64,000 nt of DNA from Takakia lepidozioides. Taxonomy: Eukaryota > Plantae > Bryophyta. This document shows positions 31,556 to 43,972 of the stretch, piece after piece. The stretch is taken from positions 3,001-67,000 of the forward strand of contig JAKLZA010000023.1 of the NCBI GenBank assembly GCA_030704615.1, in the 5' to 3' direction. The notes under the pieces were generated by a model, which was not told where the DNA came from, did not search any database, and worked only from the letters and a program-made list of their open reading frames with translations. A program made the translations under genes and the position numbers. Positions within the stretch are counted from its first letter, which is position 1, and each line of letters begins with the position of its first letter.

Positions 31556-34500
31556 CTAAATTGCTGGCTTTTGATGTGAGGCTAGTGTTTGCGATATGAC
31601 TGTCTTCGGCCGAAGAAAACATCGCGGCACTGTTCTAGTATACAACACCATGGCAACAAGCACCACAAATACCGCATTGACATCACGGAGTCCAACCGTT
31701 TTCCCCCAAAGCTTTTGCCAATGTGGGCTTGGAACCTTCAGTTTGAAGATTCCAAGCCCTGCCATCCTCTACATCCCCTCCTGGGAGCAACTCAGAGCCA
31801 GTTGCATCATGCTCCTCTGTATCATAGTAATGCTTCATCTTCTTCAGTAGATCCACCATATCCAGCACCACATCTGTGCCTCCTGTGTGTGCTGGTACTT
31901 GACTACTGTTGGTGACGATGTCAGAGTCCACCTGAGGTGCTCGTGGAGGCAGGAGCAGGTCACCAACTGAAGTCACCTCGCCCTCATTGGCTGGTGAGGG
32001 CAAGTGGACACAAAAATGACCTCCATTGTTTGTGGGACTAAAGCCATCTGTTATATGTGAGTTGCCACATTGCACTGTCTCCGCAGCCAAACTGTTGGGG
32101 CCATCAGAGCATGATGACAAGAGTGGGGGCGGGAAAGGTGGAGCACATTGAGCATGTTGTTGCTGATTAGATATGTGACGCATTGTCAGGAACACCTGTG
32201 CAAATTGTTGGAGCCTTTCCTGATCACGTTTCAGACTCTTCGATTGCTTCTTGGGGCCAGTCTCGTCACCAAAGCACTCCTGCTGAGGGCTGGAATGAGC
32301 TTCCAAGCTAGGTGATCCTCCATCATTACAGGGTTGAGAGATGGTCGCACTGGCATAAACCTCCCCTGCACTGACTTCATAGACATCCCAACAAACATGC
32401 TGTTTCTCTGCTGTCGAGGTACTGCTCAAGTTGAGTTTTACATCGCCTTCATTGTCGACTCCACCAGCCACCTCACGTGCCCTCTGTGAAAAAAAAGGAG
32501 CAGCTGTATCAGCAAAATCAAGGGGCAAAGGCTGCTTGCAAGAACTGGATGAGATGACTGGAGGCAGTGGGTGAAGCACTGCCAAGCATGTGTCTAAAAC
32601 ACTGTCCAGTTTGTCTATGTGCACATTATTCCAATCCTCTGCAGATGTGCTTTCAGCTTCCGCAGACAAGGAGTATCTTTCACCATTGATTTGAGTGCCG
32701 TAACATTATCCTTGGTCTCAATAATGATACCTCGGGAGCTTTCCTTGGCTTCCAGCCGCCCAACAGTACCAGGTGGACCCATATTTTCAGCAACCAACTG
32801 CAACTTCAAGGGACATACATGATCCTGGGGTCCCCAACTATTCTCTGCTTCTCTATCCCTCACATGGGCCTTTTTAAGAGAGTCTGCATATGGACTCAAA
32901 TCAGAAGTTAAAGAGACATATCCCTTCATGTTGTTGTCTATTTGAGTTGGTACAACCTCCTTGGTCTCACAAAATCTGACTTGTAAACTATCTGTGTCTT
33001 CCGTAAGTCCAGCAATACAGAAGAAACCTCCTCTCCAGCACCAACTCCATCACTGAATGTTGCAGGGTTGCACCGCCACTGTCTGCCTCTCTAACACCTG
33101 TATACTTGATTTCCTTGGAAAATCTGCACTTGAAAAGGTACCAGAAGTTGAAGGAACATCTGGAAACTCAGAAATTATTACATCCCTCCAGACAGTGGAG
33201 CCCCCAGCAGATCTGACCACTTTTCCAGTCACCACTTCTAAACCTAAATTTTCCCCTAAAAGCTGCATTCGTTCCTTCTCTCGCCACGATCGCTGAATCA
33301 ACGACCCTTCTTGGCATCTTGCTTGATATTTTTTCCTGCAGGCAAATGCACGATAAGCCGCCTGAATGGTCACAGCTGCCCCTTGCACATGCTGGTGCTG
33401 GTGCCTGTGCAAGTGACTCTGGTCTGTTGAGGCTCCCACATGCAATAGCTGCTTCTGTTGCCTGAAAAAGAAGTACACATGCCAGCCTCTACACCAACAA
33501 CTGCTTGCTCTGGAATCAATCTTTCCACTCTTCCAAGTTGAAATAACCTCCATCGGCGCTGTATTATTACTGCAGCTTCATGCCGAGCCTGAAGTGCCCC
33601 TCTGTGGAGCTGCTGATAATGAAGGCCCCGCCACCAACTTTGAATGAACACAGCTGCATGCTGCTTCACAAACAAACTTGCCCTTGTCCTCAAACAACAC
33701 CTGTACCAGCGCTGGATGGTAACTGCTGCCATCACATTCCGTTTCCTTATAGCCCATGAACGAAAAGTGGCCTGTATCTTCACGGCTGCTTTTGATTGTC
33801 TGTGAACGCCAACTCCACTGGATGGTGAATGCAGCCGCATGCCATCGCCTAAGCATATGCTGTAGTGCATAATCGCACAGATGTGCTTGAATCACAACAG
33901 CTGTCACAACCTGGTGCTTTAGTCTGTGAACCCTGTATCGTTGCTGCTTGTGCCAGGCTTGCTGAATGGTCAGGGCAACAGCCTGGCACGTGTGAAGCCA
34001 ATACCTGACTGCAACACCCCATGAATGCGCCTGAATCAGCAGTGTCGCACACTCCTCCACATCTTTCTGCTCTTGCAAATGTCGCGCTCGGGCAGCCCTC
34101 CACATCCGCTGCATTGTGAGCACTGCGTTGCAAAGCTGCCTATATTGATCTCTTACTTGCTTCCTGCGAACAGCGGCTTGGAGCTTCACCACACTAACCC
34201 TTTGTATTTGATAGTATTTCCTAGCTTGCAAACCTCGGTAAAAACTCTGGATCTTAATTGCTGCACCCTCCTGCACCTGTCTCTGCAGTTGCAAATGCCG
34301 CCTTCTGGAAGCCCTCCACTTTCTTTGGAGAGTCAGCACTACATTGTACAGCTGTTGATACCGCTTGCTTACTTGTCGTCTCCGAACACTAGCCTGTAGC
34401 AACACTACCCCTGCCCTCCCTAATCTGTAGTTCCTGCTAGCTAGCCAACCTCGGTAAGAACTCTGGATCTTTACCACTGCAGCATGCTCCTGCAACCTCC

Positions 34501-35887
34501 TCTGCAGTTGCAAATGCCGCAATCTGCAAGCCCTCCATGTCCTTTGGATTGTCAGCACTGCACTGTAGAGCTGCCCATACTGCTTCCGTACTTGTTGCCT
34601 CCGAACACAAGCCTGCAGCAACACCACCCCTTCCCTCCCTAATCTGTAGGTCTTCCTAGCTAGCCAACCTCGATAGGAACTCTGGATTTTCACTGCTGCA
34701 CGATCTTGCACCTCCCTCTGCAGTTTCAAACGTCGGCTTCTGGAAGCCCTCCATGTCCTTTGGAGAGTGAGCACCGCCATGTAGAGCTCCCAATACTGCT
34801 TCCTTACATGTTGCCTCCGAACACAAGCCTGGAGCAACAGCACCCTATCTCTCACTAATCTGTAGTTCCTTCTAGCTAGCCAACCTCGATAAGAATTCTG
34901 AATCTTCGATGCTGCGTGCTCTAGTACCTCCCTCTGCTGTTGCAAAAGTCGCTTTCTGGCAGCTCTCCACATTCTTTGGAGAGTGAGCACTGCATTGTAC
35001 AGCTGCTGGTACTGCTTCCTTACTTGCCTGCTCCGAACCATTGCCTGAAGTATCACCACTTTCTCCCTCCCTAATTATAGCTCCTTCTAGCTAGCCACCC
35101 GCGGTAACAACACTGCATTCTCATGGCGGCACGCTCCTCTACCTCCCTCTGGAATTGTAGATGCTGCCTCCACATTCTGTAATTTTTTGTGGCAAGCCAA
35201 CCCCTGTAAAAACTCTGGATCCTCACAGCTGCAGCATGCATGGACTTTGATTGCAGCTCGAGTCCTAAACCCCCGGAATGCAGCCTGGATCACACCAGCA
35301 GCACTCAAAGCCTTCTGCTGTTCTTCTATAATTGTCTGAACGTGGGTCAAAGGCTGTTCATTCAGAAACTCGGTAACACCATTTTCCACTGTTGGATTAG
35401 TCACCCCTGGCAGGTCCTCTTCAACTCTAAACAAGTGATTGGAAACAATGGGATTTGGGAGCCTGTTTGCAGGTACTGGCAGTTCATCAATGGGGTGGAA
35501 AAATCCTACAGTCTCCTCACCCCTCCCTACATCCAATAGAGCAGAACGGTTTCCCAAGCTCAAAGAATCTGCAGCTTCCTGTTGTACATAATTATGTGGC
35601 GAAACAGATATCTGTGCCACGTCCAGGTGACTTTGATTTGTCTGATTTAGGGTGTAGGTGTCTACAGAAGCACTCGCTACTGGGGTGCCACCAGATACAA
35701 TGTTTAGGTTCCGTGTCTCTAAATTTTCAATTGCAGTTACCCCCTGCTCGCTAACGTGCCGGGCTACATCTTCAAGTCCTATCAATCCCGGCAAGTCGAA
35801 GGAGCTTAAAGATGCAAATGAAGAGGCGGTGGTGCTGCCGGGATCGGCACAATCCAGAGACATTGAGCTAGCCCCCGGATGAGCCAT
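31556..35887 (-). CDS. Large IQ-motif (calmodulin-binding) repeat protein with an ASPM-like IQ array, apparently one giant exon broken by frameshifts
   Basis: Consecutive minus ORFs 35087..35887, 33578..35059, 33370..33870, 33050..33553, 32615..32929, 31683..32669 contain >20 IQxxxRGxxxR-like motifs. May start upstream at ~36117. Confidence 0.75.
34130..35200 (-). repeat. Coding tandem repeat, ~216 bp (72 aa, 3 IQ motifs per unit), ~5 copies
   Basis: A tagctagccaacctcg-like anchor recurs at ~34222, 34438, 34657, 34873 and 35088. Confidence 0.85.
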
Positions 35888-37129
35888 GATCGCGAACCTC
35901 TGGTGGCAAACTGCTTCAGCGAAGAGGCGGTGCTAAAAAAGTTACGAGTAGCCCACGAGGTACGGTGAACCACCCCAGCTGCTCCTGCTCCTGCACCAAA
36001 AGCATGCCGCGAGAGCTTGCTAGTCGCTGCTTGAGGCGCTGCCGGGATGAAGCGGGGAGCCCCGCCCCCGCATTCGACGCCATCTGTGCTACAGCTGCCT
36101 TCCACCTCTCCGTTCACTCTTGACCCTTCTCTCTCATTCCAATCTCTGACTGGACCATATCAGTCGTTGCCCGTCGTTGCCCACCAACTTCAAGCTTGAT
36201 GCCGTATGGAGATAGAAGATACAGTGCGACATAACAGCATAAAGGAAACCCCATGATCAGGCGGCAGTACCTGCACACGACCAGGACAATCAACCAATTG
36301 ACTATTAGGTTTCAAGAATGAAATGAACTCCGAGAATTCCATCCCACAAAAATCAAAGTAAGTCCACCTAGAGAACGACAGCACCAAAGACGAATGGGAA
36401 GCAGTTGCCGCCCATCTTTCTACCGCGAGATTGAGCAAAAGGGAGGCACTGGCACTTCGCCACCATGACCTGACCCCTCTCTCTCTTCTCTCTCTCTATC
36501 TCAACAATGTGGCTGCAAGTTGACCACAGATGAGATGATGTACGGAGCAATATAAAGATCAACCTCGCATAAACTCAAGTCTTACCCAAATTTTCGTGAG
36601 CTCTGTGCGGGGAGGCCATGGAAATTTCGGGATTTGTCTGCTGGGCAAGAACCCACAACCGTTTGCATCGACCACCATGTCATGCCGCATGGTACATCAC
36701 AGAGAGCAGACGTGCAAAGGAACTGTCAAGCCAGGGCTGCACCCGCATCAAGAAATCCTTGCTGTGCGCTTTGTCTACTTGCTCTCTCCGGCATTGCCAT
36801 TGGAGGGTACACCCCAGGTTGCACGCCCACACGCAGGTGCTGCTCGTCCCTGCGAGAATGTGAGCCTGCGTGGTGTGCAGTGTGGGGAGCGCTGTGCTGT
36901 ATGCGTGTGAGGCATCTACCGTGAATCTCACGAGCATCAACTCAGTGCACACTTCATCCTCCCACTCCCATCACCCACATACTTACATCCATTTTCTTTC
37001 TGTTTGCTTATCGCCCTCATTTTACATCTTGACTGCGCCAGCGTAGGCGGCGGGGCCACGCACGGCAAAATGGCGCGACGTGTGCACTCACCACTTAGCG
37101 GAGTTCAATTGGAGGTGCACGGTCTTCAC

Positions 37130-37580
37130 GCTATTCCTCCTTCACCTCGATCACGCTCCTCTACTTCTCCTCCTTCTTCACTTCTACTACTTCACACATA
37201 TGCTTCTGCTACTTCCTCTCATATTCCTTCAGTTCTCCTCCTTCACACTCCTTAATATTATTCTCCTGCTTCACTTCTCCTATTTCAGGACTTCACACGT
37301 GCGCTACTCTTATTTCATCCTCTTTCTTCACTTCTCCTTCACACTCCTTATCCTCCTCCTGCTTCACTTCTACTACTTCACACGTGCGTTTCTCCTACTT
37401 CATCCTCACTTCTCCTCCTTCAAGCTCTTTATCCTCCTCATGCTTCAATTCTCCTACTTCATGCTTCACACGTGTGCTTCTCCTCCTTCTTCACTTTCTC
37501 TTCCTTCACTTCTCCTATTTCACGTTCCTCTTTGTTCACACGTGCATTCTCATACTTCATCCTCATCCTTCTCCTATTGG
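37130..37580. repeat. CT-rich degenerate minisatellite
   Basis: Recurrent cttcacttctcctacttcacacgtg units. Confidence 0.8.
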
Positions 37581-38354
37581 GTCATGTTGGTCATATTTGG
37601 AAGGTCATACCATCAAAAGGCAGTTTTCTCCAAAACTTATGTTTGGGGCATTTGCACTCACCTACCTCGTGCAGCTTAGTTTGAGCTCGATGCACTATCT
37701 CTCTTCAACCCTTCAAGCACGATGTGACAAAAGGAACGAAAATCCATGAACCGACCCCATCGTCTCCACCCCGTAGGAACTACAAGATCGCCCCGACGGT
37801 CGTCACGCTCATTATACTCCTCCTTATTTACCTCTCCTCCTTGACGCTCCTCTTTTTTCACTTCTTCCTGTGAAGCATTGTGTTATTGTTGGTTTTGTGG
37901 ATTTGTGATATCGCTTCGACAAATAGTTTTCTTCCAATTGCTTCGTTTGGGGCACCCGCACTTACCACTCATGTAGTTCACTTCTAGGTCGACGGGTTGC
38001 ATGTGACTCCTTCTTCACGCTCCTCATTCTTCATGAGTGGACGCATCATGCTAGATTCGTGTTGTGGACATGTGAAGAGACACCCTAGAAAAAATAGAGA
38101 TGAGTACAAAAAGTCATCTACAGAAGCAATTGGAGGTTGTTCGTAGAAACGGCACAACCTTCCACAAGATGAACTAATATTATGGTGATGCGTCGACTCA
38201 CATGAAAGTGAAGAAGATGAAAAAAAGAATGAGCATAAAGACAGAGTTGCATGCAAACCATCGAAATCTAGTGAGTGTAGATACCCCAAGAGAAACAATC
38301 GGAAAAAAATTGTTCGTCAATGCGGTATAATCTCTCTCCAAGTCTGCTTTGTAA

Positions 38355-38759
38355 GAGCATCTCCACGGTGCCACGGCACTTGCCCGAAAACGACAATCTA
38401 ATGACGTTGGGACCAGGAAAATAGCACAGCTTGCTCCACGGTTGGCTCAGCCCGATAGAATTGTTGTCGGCCCTGCCTTAAATCTGCCTCCCGCTCGGCA
38501 CTTTTGCGAATCATACCGGGACCCCGCCAACCACGGTACATTAGATTTGTGAGTTATTTGTGAGTTAATGAGATATGATGTCCTCGGTGAACGCGTCAAG
38601 ATTGTGGTCGAGCGGAGGGCCTGCCTCGGGGCTATCTCATTCGGGTCTCCTACCGTCCCAACCGTGGAGTGTCAGCCAACCAGTCCTTGTAAAAATATCG
38701 TCGCCCCTGTAACCAGGGTATATGACGTTTGACGGGTCGTGCTCACCTTGGAGATGCTC
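38355..38759. mobile_element. PIF/Harbinger (Tourist) MITE
   Basis: TIR GAGCATCTCCAcGGTG / CACCtTGGAGATGCTC. TAA TSD at 38352-38354 and 38760-38762. Confidence 0.92.
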
Positions 38760-39931
38760 TAATGTGTTTATTGTATCATTTGTTTCCAATGTTATTATGA
38801 TGTTGTACTTTGTTTACAGTATTCCGAGTCATTAATATCTAGCAACTATAAACATTTACATTAACGTAATACCCAAAATAAGAGGATCAATTGCATTCGC
38901 TTTACATTATACAATATTAGGGTCTTTAACCCTTAAGGGCCCAAGAGACCCAATTCAGGTTTTGAGGAAGTAGATTTTTTCTTTACTTTTCGCATATCTT
39001 AATATTTTTCAATGGTTTCAATTACAATTAATATTCTGGCAACATGGCCCACATTCTCATATTGAAAACAGTACACTCTAATAAATTCTCTGACCTATAG
39101 ATTTTCTAAAAAACGCAGGGTCATAATATTGGAGCATGGGGTGGGGCCACGCAGAGTTGACCATCTGCGTGGCGAGATATAATTGGCACATGTTTAGCCG
39201 TCAAATTGCCATATATGCATGCCGGCGGTGGACTATACATCTATTCACCCGGCATGGAGGTTGAAAGTCTACGTGGCCCTTCCACAGTCAGAAACCTCTA
39301 CTGGAGTAGGTAATTTGCAGGCATGTGGGCAGGAAAGTAACTTGGCCCATTCGGGGGCCCACATTTGTAGATTGTACCATTGGATCTAGTTTTTTTCTCT
39401 AGGCTCACTATTGTATTACATATCACACCTTCACCAGAGTGATTGAGTGAAACATCATTTTATCAAGTAGTGGATTTCTTGTGGCCTCTCATTTTAAGAT
39501 AATAGGGTCTTCAATGGGCACGTGCGATGTGGCCGGTGGGCCCCGCGCACGGACCCAGCCCCGCCCGCCCCGCCCGCGCCCCGTCCGCCGCGCGGCCAGT
39601 CCCCCGCCCATGAGTCCGCTGCCCCCAGTCTGCCAGTCCGCCAGTCTGCCAGTCCGCCAGTCCGCTGCCCAGCAGTCTGCCAGTCCGCCAGTCCGCTGGC
39701 CAGTCCCCTGCCATCCAGTCCGCTGACGGCGCAGGATCGCCACCGTCCATTCCCATAACCCATCCGAGCCCTCCATTTTTAGGGCTGCAATTCAAACCTG
39801 CATCCCTGCCGCCTGCCACTTGCCAGCAGCCGCGAACGTGCGCACTGTTCTCCTGGCACGTTGTCGATCGTGTCCTGTACTGCGGCGCGTTTCTTGCATG
39901 TTCAGAAGCGTGTCTTTGTACTGTATAGGGC

Positions 39932-42900
39932 ATGGACGTGGAAGCAAAACCCGATGATATACTGATCACGGAAAGCCCGCTTATACGGCCTCTTCGACAA
40001 TGTTTGCAAACAGCAAAACCAGGACCCTTCAACAGGAAGGATCTCCATTGGAAGAGTGAGACGCAATATGGGTTTATGGGTGTGCGAGTGAATGTTGAAA
40101 AGGCCTGCATACCTTGGGATAGAGTTGGTGACTTCGTCCTGGGAGAGGAGAGTTTGGAGGACTACCCCACTCAGTTTTGGGTGAATGTCCATTCTAAAGT
40201 GGAACCCGGCTCGCGAAAAGCACCCAGAGCCAACACATTTCTGTCCAGTATTATGTGTGCACCATCCTCAGTCCTTTTGACGTTTCATTGCATGTCTGTT
40301 GCCATTTTTTGTTTCACGAGTTCTCTGATTTTATGCTTCCTCAAGTCGTTGGATATCGATTTTAGAATTTTCTGTCCAGGTATCAATGCTGCTACGGTCC
40401 TGATGACAAGCGCACCAACAAGGCAATAGTGGAGGATCCAAAACAGAAGCGTGGAGGACCTCTTGTGGGTGCTGGAACATCTTGCCCTCATAAAGGCCCA
40501 AGGAGAAAGAAGTCGGAGTATGGAGAGTCTTACAAACGTGGTTGCCAATGCTGTTTCAAGGTCCAGCAATGCTATCTCGCCCCTGACATCTGTGTCCTCA
40601 CGTACTACAACAACATGGAGCATACAGATGCGCAAGGGAAACCCTCGCATGGGAAGTCCGCAGAGTTCAGGAACACCCGCCACGCCTATGCACCACACAT
40701 TAGCGAGGAATTGAAAGCCTGGGTCGTCGAGTGTTTGTGCCGAGGCCTGTCGGTCGCCCAAATCATGATGGAGCATAAAGAGCACGTGATGAACAACACC
40801 GGCTTGGGCGATGCATGGACCCGATGATTTCTTGTTGGAGCAAGATGTTCGCAACCTTGCCGAGAAACGTGCGTGGCAAACCTTCAAAAAGCACGCCGAT
40901 GATGGAGAGTGTGCGCATGTGGAGAGACCAGAATCCTGCGTCCGTTTTTTTCTATCAAGAGGAGAAATTAGAGCCAACATTCGAGCATTTTGATGGAGAT
41001 TTGACATTCACTATTGGCATACAGACTCCGTGGCAGAAACGACGAATGCTGGAACTAGGACATGACCGTATCGTTGCATGTGATGCAACCTTTGGGACAA
41101 ATCATGACAAGGTACTATTCGAACGATTCCATGGACTTGTACGAGCATGATAGCATAGTACCATGCAACATTCACATAAAATTTGGTGTGCTGACCCTTT
41201 CTGTATGTTTTCATGTGTACGTTGCGGAAGACCGAGGGGCAGACCCATTGTGAACCGCTGCAGACCTCATCACTCTTATGAAGTCTTTCTCGTGCAGAAC
41301 TGAGCGGAATTTGCATGCTCTGACCATCTTACATTGTGCATTCCAACAGTTCCCATTGTACACGTTTGGTCTTCGACGAGTGGTTGAACGGTATACCAGT
41401 TGCCTATATCCTATCCGCGAGGAATCGGACAAGAGACCTGGTTCCGTGGATGAGAGCCTTGCGCGATTCACTCCTCGCAGATTTGCCGAGCTGGCGACCC
41501 AATGCCTTCATTGTGGACGATGCCGAAGCAGAAATCAACGCTATTCGGTAAGTCTGTTGGTCCACAGCACCGGTCCATTGTCGAGGTCCACTGCAGCAGT
41601 CCATTGCTACAGTCCACTGGCAGACTCTGTGGCGAAACCCGATGGCAGTTCGCTGGGCAAATCCACTGGTAGTCCGCTGTCAAGTCCGTCATCAGTCCCC
41701 TGGCAAGTCCGCTGGCAGTCCCCGCAAGTCCGCTCGGCAGTCCGCCAAAGCAGCAGTCCCTGGGTCGGCCGTCCGCTGCCAAGTCCACTCGGCAGTCCCG
41801 GCAGTCCCAATGGGGCAGTCCGCTGATGCAGTCCGCTGCCCCAGTCCTAGCTAGGGGAAGTCTGGGTAGTCCAATGGGGGGGTTTATTCCAAGCAGCCAC
41901 ATCAACGTCATGGATTGTACTGTCCACTGGGCGAGTCCAGTGGCTGCCCGCTGATACAGGTCGCTGTTACAGTCACACTCCAGCAAGTCCCCATTGCAGT
42001 CGATCCAAGACTCTAATGTGTACCATGTGTGTTGTGCAGAATTGTTTTTGAAGGAGTACTCATTTTCCTCTGCCTTTGGCATGTCCGCAAGGCATGGGTT
42101 GAAGCAATCATGCAAAAACGAAGGATCGGGACCGCTGTAAACTGTAAAGAAGGATATGGGAGACCTCATGTACTGTAGAGGGGGACCACGCAACGAGAAA
42201 AGAGCGCTTCGGTGGGTTGCAAGGAGAATCCGTCGTATGAGGTCAAAATACCGAAAAGGACATGAATTTTTTTGACTATATCGAACAGTACTGGAAGCCC
42301 AAAATAGCAATGTGGTGTACAGCAGCCCGCCATGTCCCTCATGCGAGCCAAGAACAAACGCAAGCATTGAGGCATACCATGGAAATCTGAAGGCAAGACT
42401 TGCCATAGGAAAGGCAAGATGAGTGGTCGTAGAGTGGACTGGCTTATATGGGAACTCACTGGCCGTGTGCTAACACACTACTGGTACGCAATCCATTTGA
42501 AGACCCACGGGTTCATAAGAAATGACAAACACGAAAAGTACATATCCAGTTCTATACTTGCGGCACGAGACATTCCTGCTGAGAGTGTTACTCTTCCCTT
42601 GGGTCCTGGTGAACCAGCCTACGTTCTCAGCAGCAACCACCCCGGCACACAACATACATTGTTTACAATCCTGATTGCGATTGGGGTTGTTGCACGTGCC
42701 CATGGGCAATGAAGGAAACTTATGCAAGCATCAGGTCCGTGTCCTGAAGATGCTTCACCCTGACCTGCAGGATGGCCTCTTGTGCGCTTGTGGCACGGCG
42801 CTGGAACCATTCATGGAGGATTACCTAACTTGCTCTTGGGCAATGGTGCCGGCGGCAACGACGAATCCAATCAGTTCATGGAAAGACATCCTCCGGATGC

Positions 42901-43333
42901 ACCTCTGGAGGTCTCAGCCTCAATGGAACAAGAATTCGCGGACATACTTCGCATTGTAGGTGATGACAAATACCTGGAGGCACATGCCCGATCTGCTCTT
43001 CATATGTGCAGAGGGCAGCTCGTTGATATCCTGGCGAAAAGTGCGGCTGGAATGTTGCACCCTGCGGCAGCGAAGGCTTTCCGTCCTCTGAACGACAACA
43101 ACAACATGTCTCTGAAAAGGAGACGAGATTTCGTGGAGGCCTGGAAAACCCGGCCTAGGGTTTTGCGGAGAACCAGCAAGAGGGTGTCTGCACCTGCACC
43201 TGCAGCACATATATACTCGAAAATTCGCAAGGTTTCAGGTCGTGTAGATGTCACGAAGAAGACAATAAAGTCTGCAATGCTCGAAAAGAGACAAGGTTTC
43301 ACGTCGTGTAGGTGTCACGAGAAGACAATATAA
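39932..43333 (+). CDS. MULE DDE transposase with C-terminal SWIM finger, 4 exons (approx. 39932-40254, 40380-41111, 41350-41547, 42040-43333)
   Basis: KRGCQCCFKV; ACDATFGTN (D1); FPLYT..VFDEWLNGIPVAY; IVDDAEAEINAI (D2); LCLWHVRKAW; TNASIEAYH (E); CTCPMG..GNLCKH (SWIM). A few 1-bp frameshifts. Confidence 0.9.
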
Positions 43334-43405
43334 GTCTGCAATTCCAAGAGACAAGGTTTCACGTCGTGTAGGTGTCACGAAGAAGACAATATAAGTCTGC
43401 AATTC
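43228..43405. repeat. ~60-bp tandem repeat x3 at the transposase 3' end
   Basis: caaggtttcacgtcgtgtaggtgtcacgaagaagacaatataagtctgcaat occurs three times. Confidence 0.85.
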
Positions 43406-43972
43406 CTCTGGTAGCATTGTCCCTTTCTGAAATACAAGTCCGCAATGGACTAATGCACAGTCTCCCACGGACTCACGCAGTCTCCCAACAGAGTCACAGT
43501 CAACAGACTGCGAGCGCCAGTAAGCCAGTCTGCTGGTCAGTCTGCTGCCCACTCCAAAAGTCTGCTCACCACACTTCCACCTCATCCCTGCAACTCTTCA
43601 GACTAAGTCTCAAGCAGACTCATCCACAACAACAGACTCAAAATGGACAGGCTCCAGTGGACTACCTCCCTAACGACTCATGCCAATCCAGCGTCCCAGC
43701 GGACTCATGGACATGGTGCCTACCAGACTAGGTACCAGACCCACCAGTCCTAGCCTCGGCAGCGTACTGCTCGCACATTCAAGCTCAGCAGACTCGGGTG
43801 CATAGTGCATGGAAAAATTGACACCATTGTGTCCATTGAGTTTAGTGACAACATTACAAAACATGCCAGCACCCACAAGTACACAAAAGTGCTCATCACC
43901 ACTGGAATAGTAAGCGAAAAGACTCGCATTTTTATTTCGGTACATAGACTTCACAGGACAAGTACATCATAC

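Noticed and set aside
37080-37679. 199-aa L/F/H-rich ORF as a membrane protein
   Set aside because: Artefact of the CT-rich minisatellite.
43228-43405. Short tandem repeats (also 5686-5797 and 11375-11545) as CRISPR-like arrays
   Set aside because: No unique spacers, degenerate units, no cas genes, eukaryotic context.
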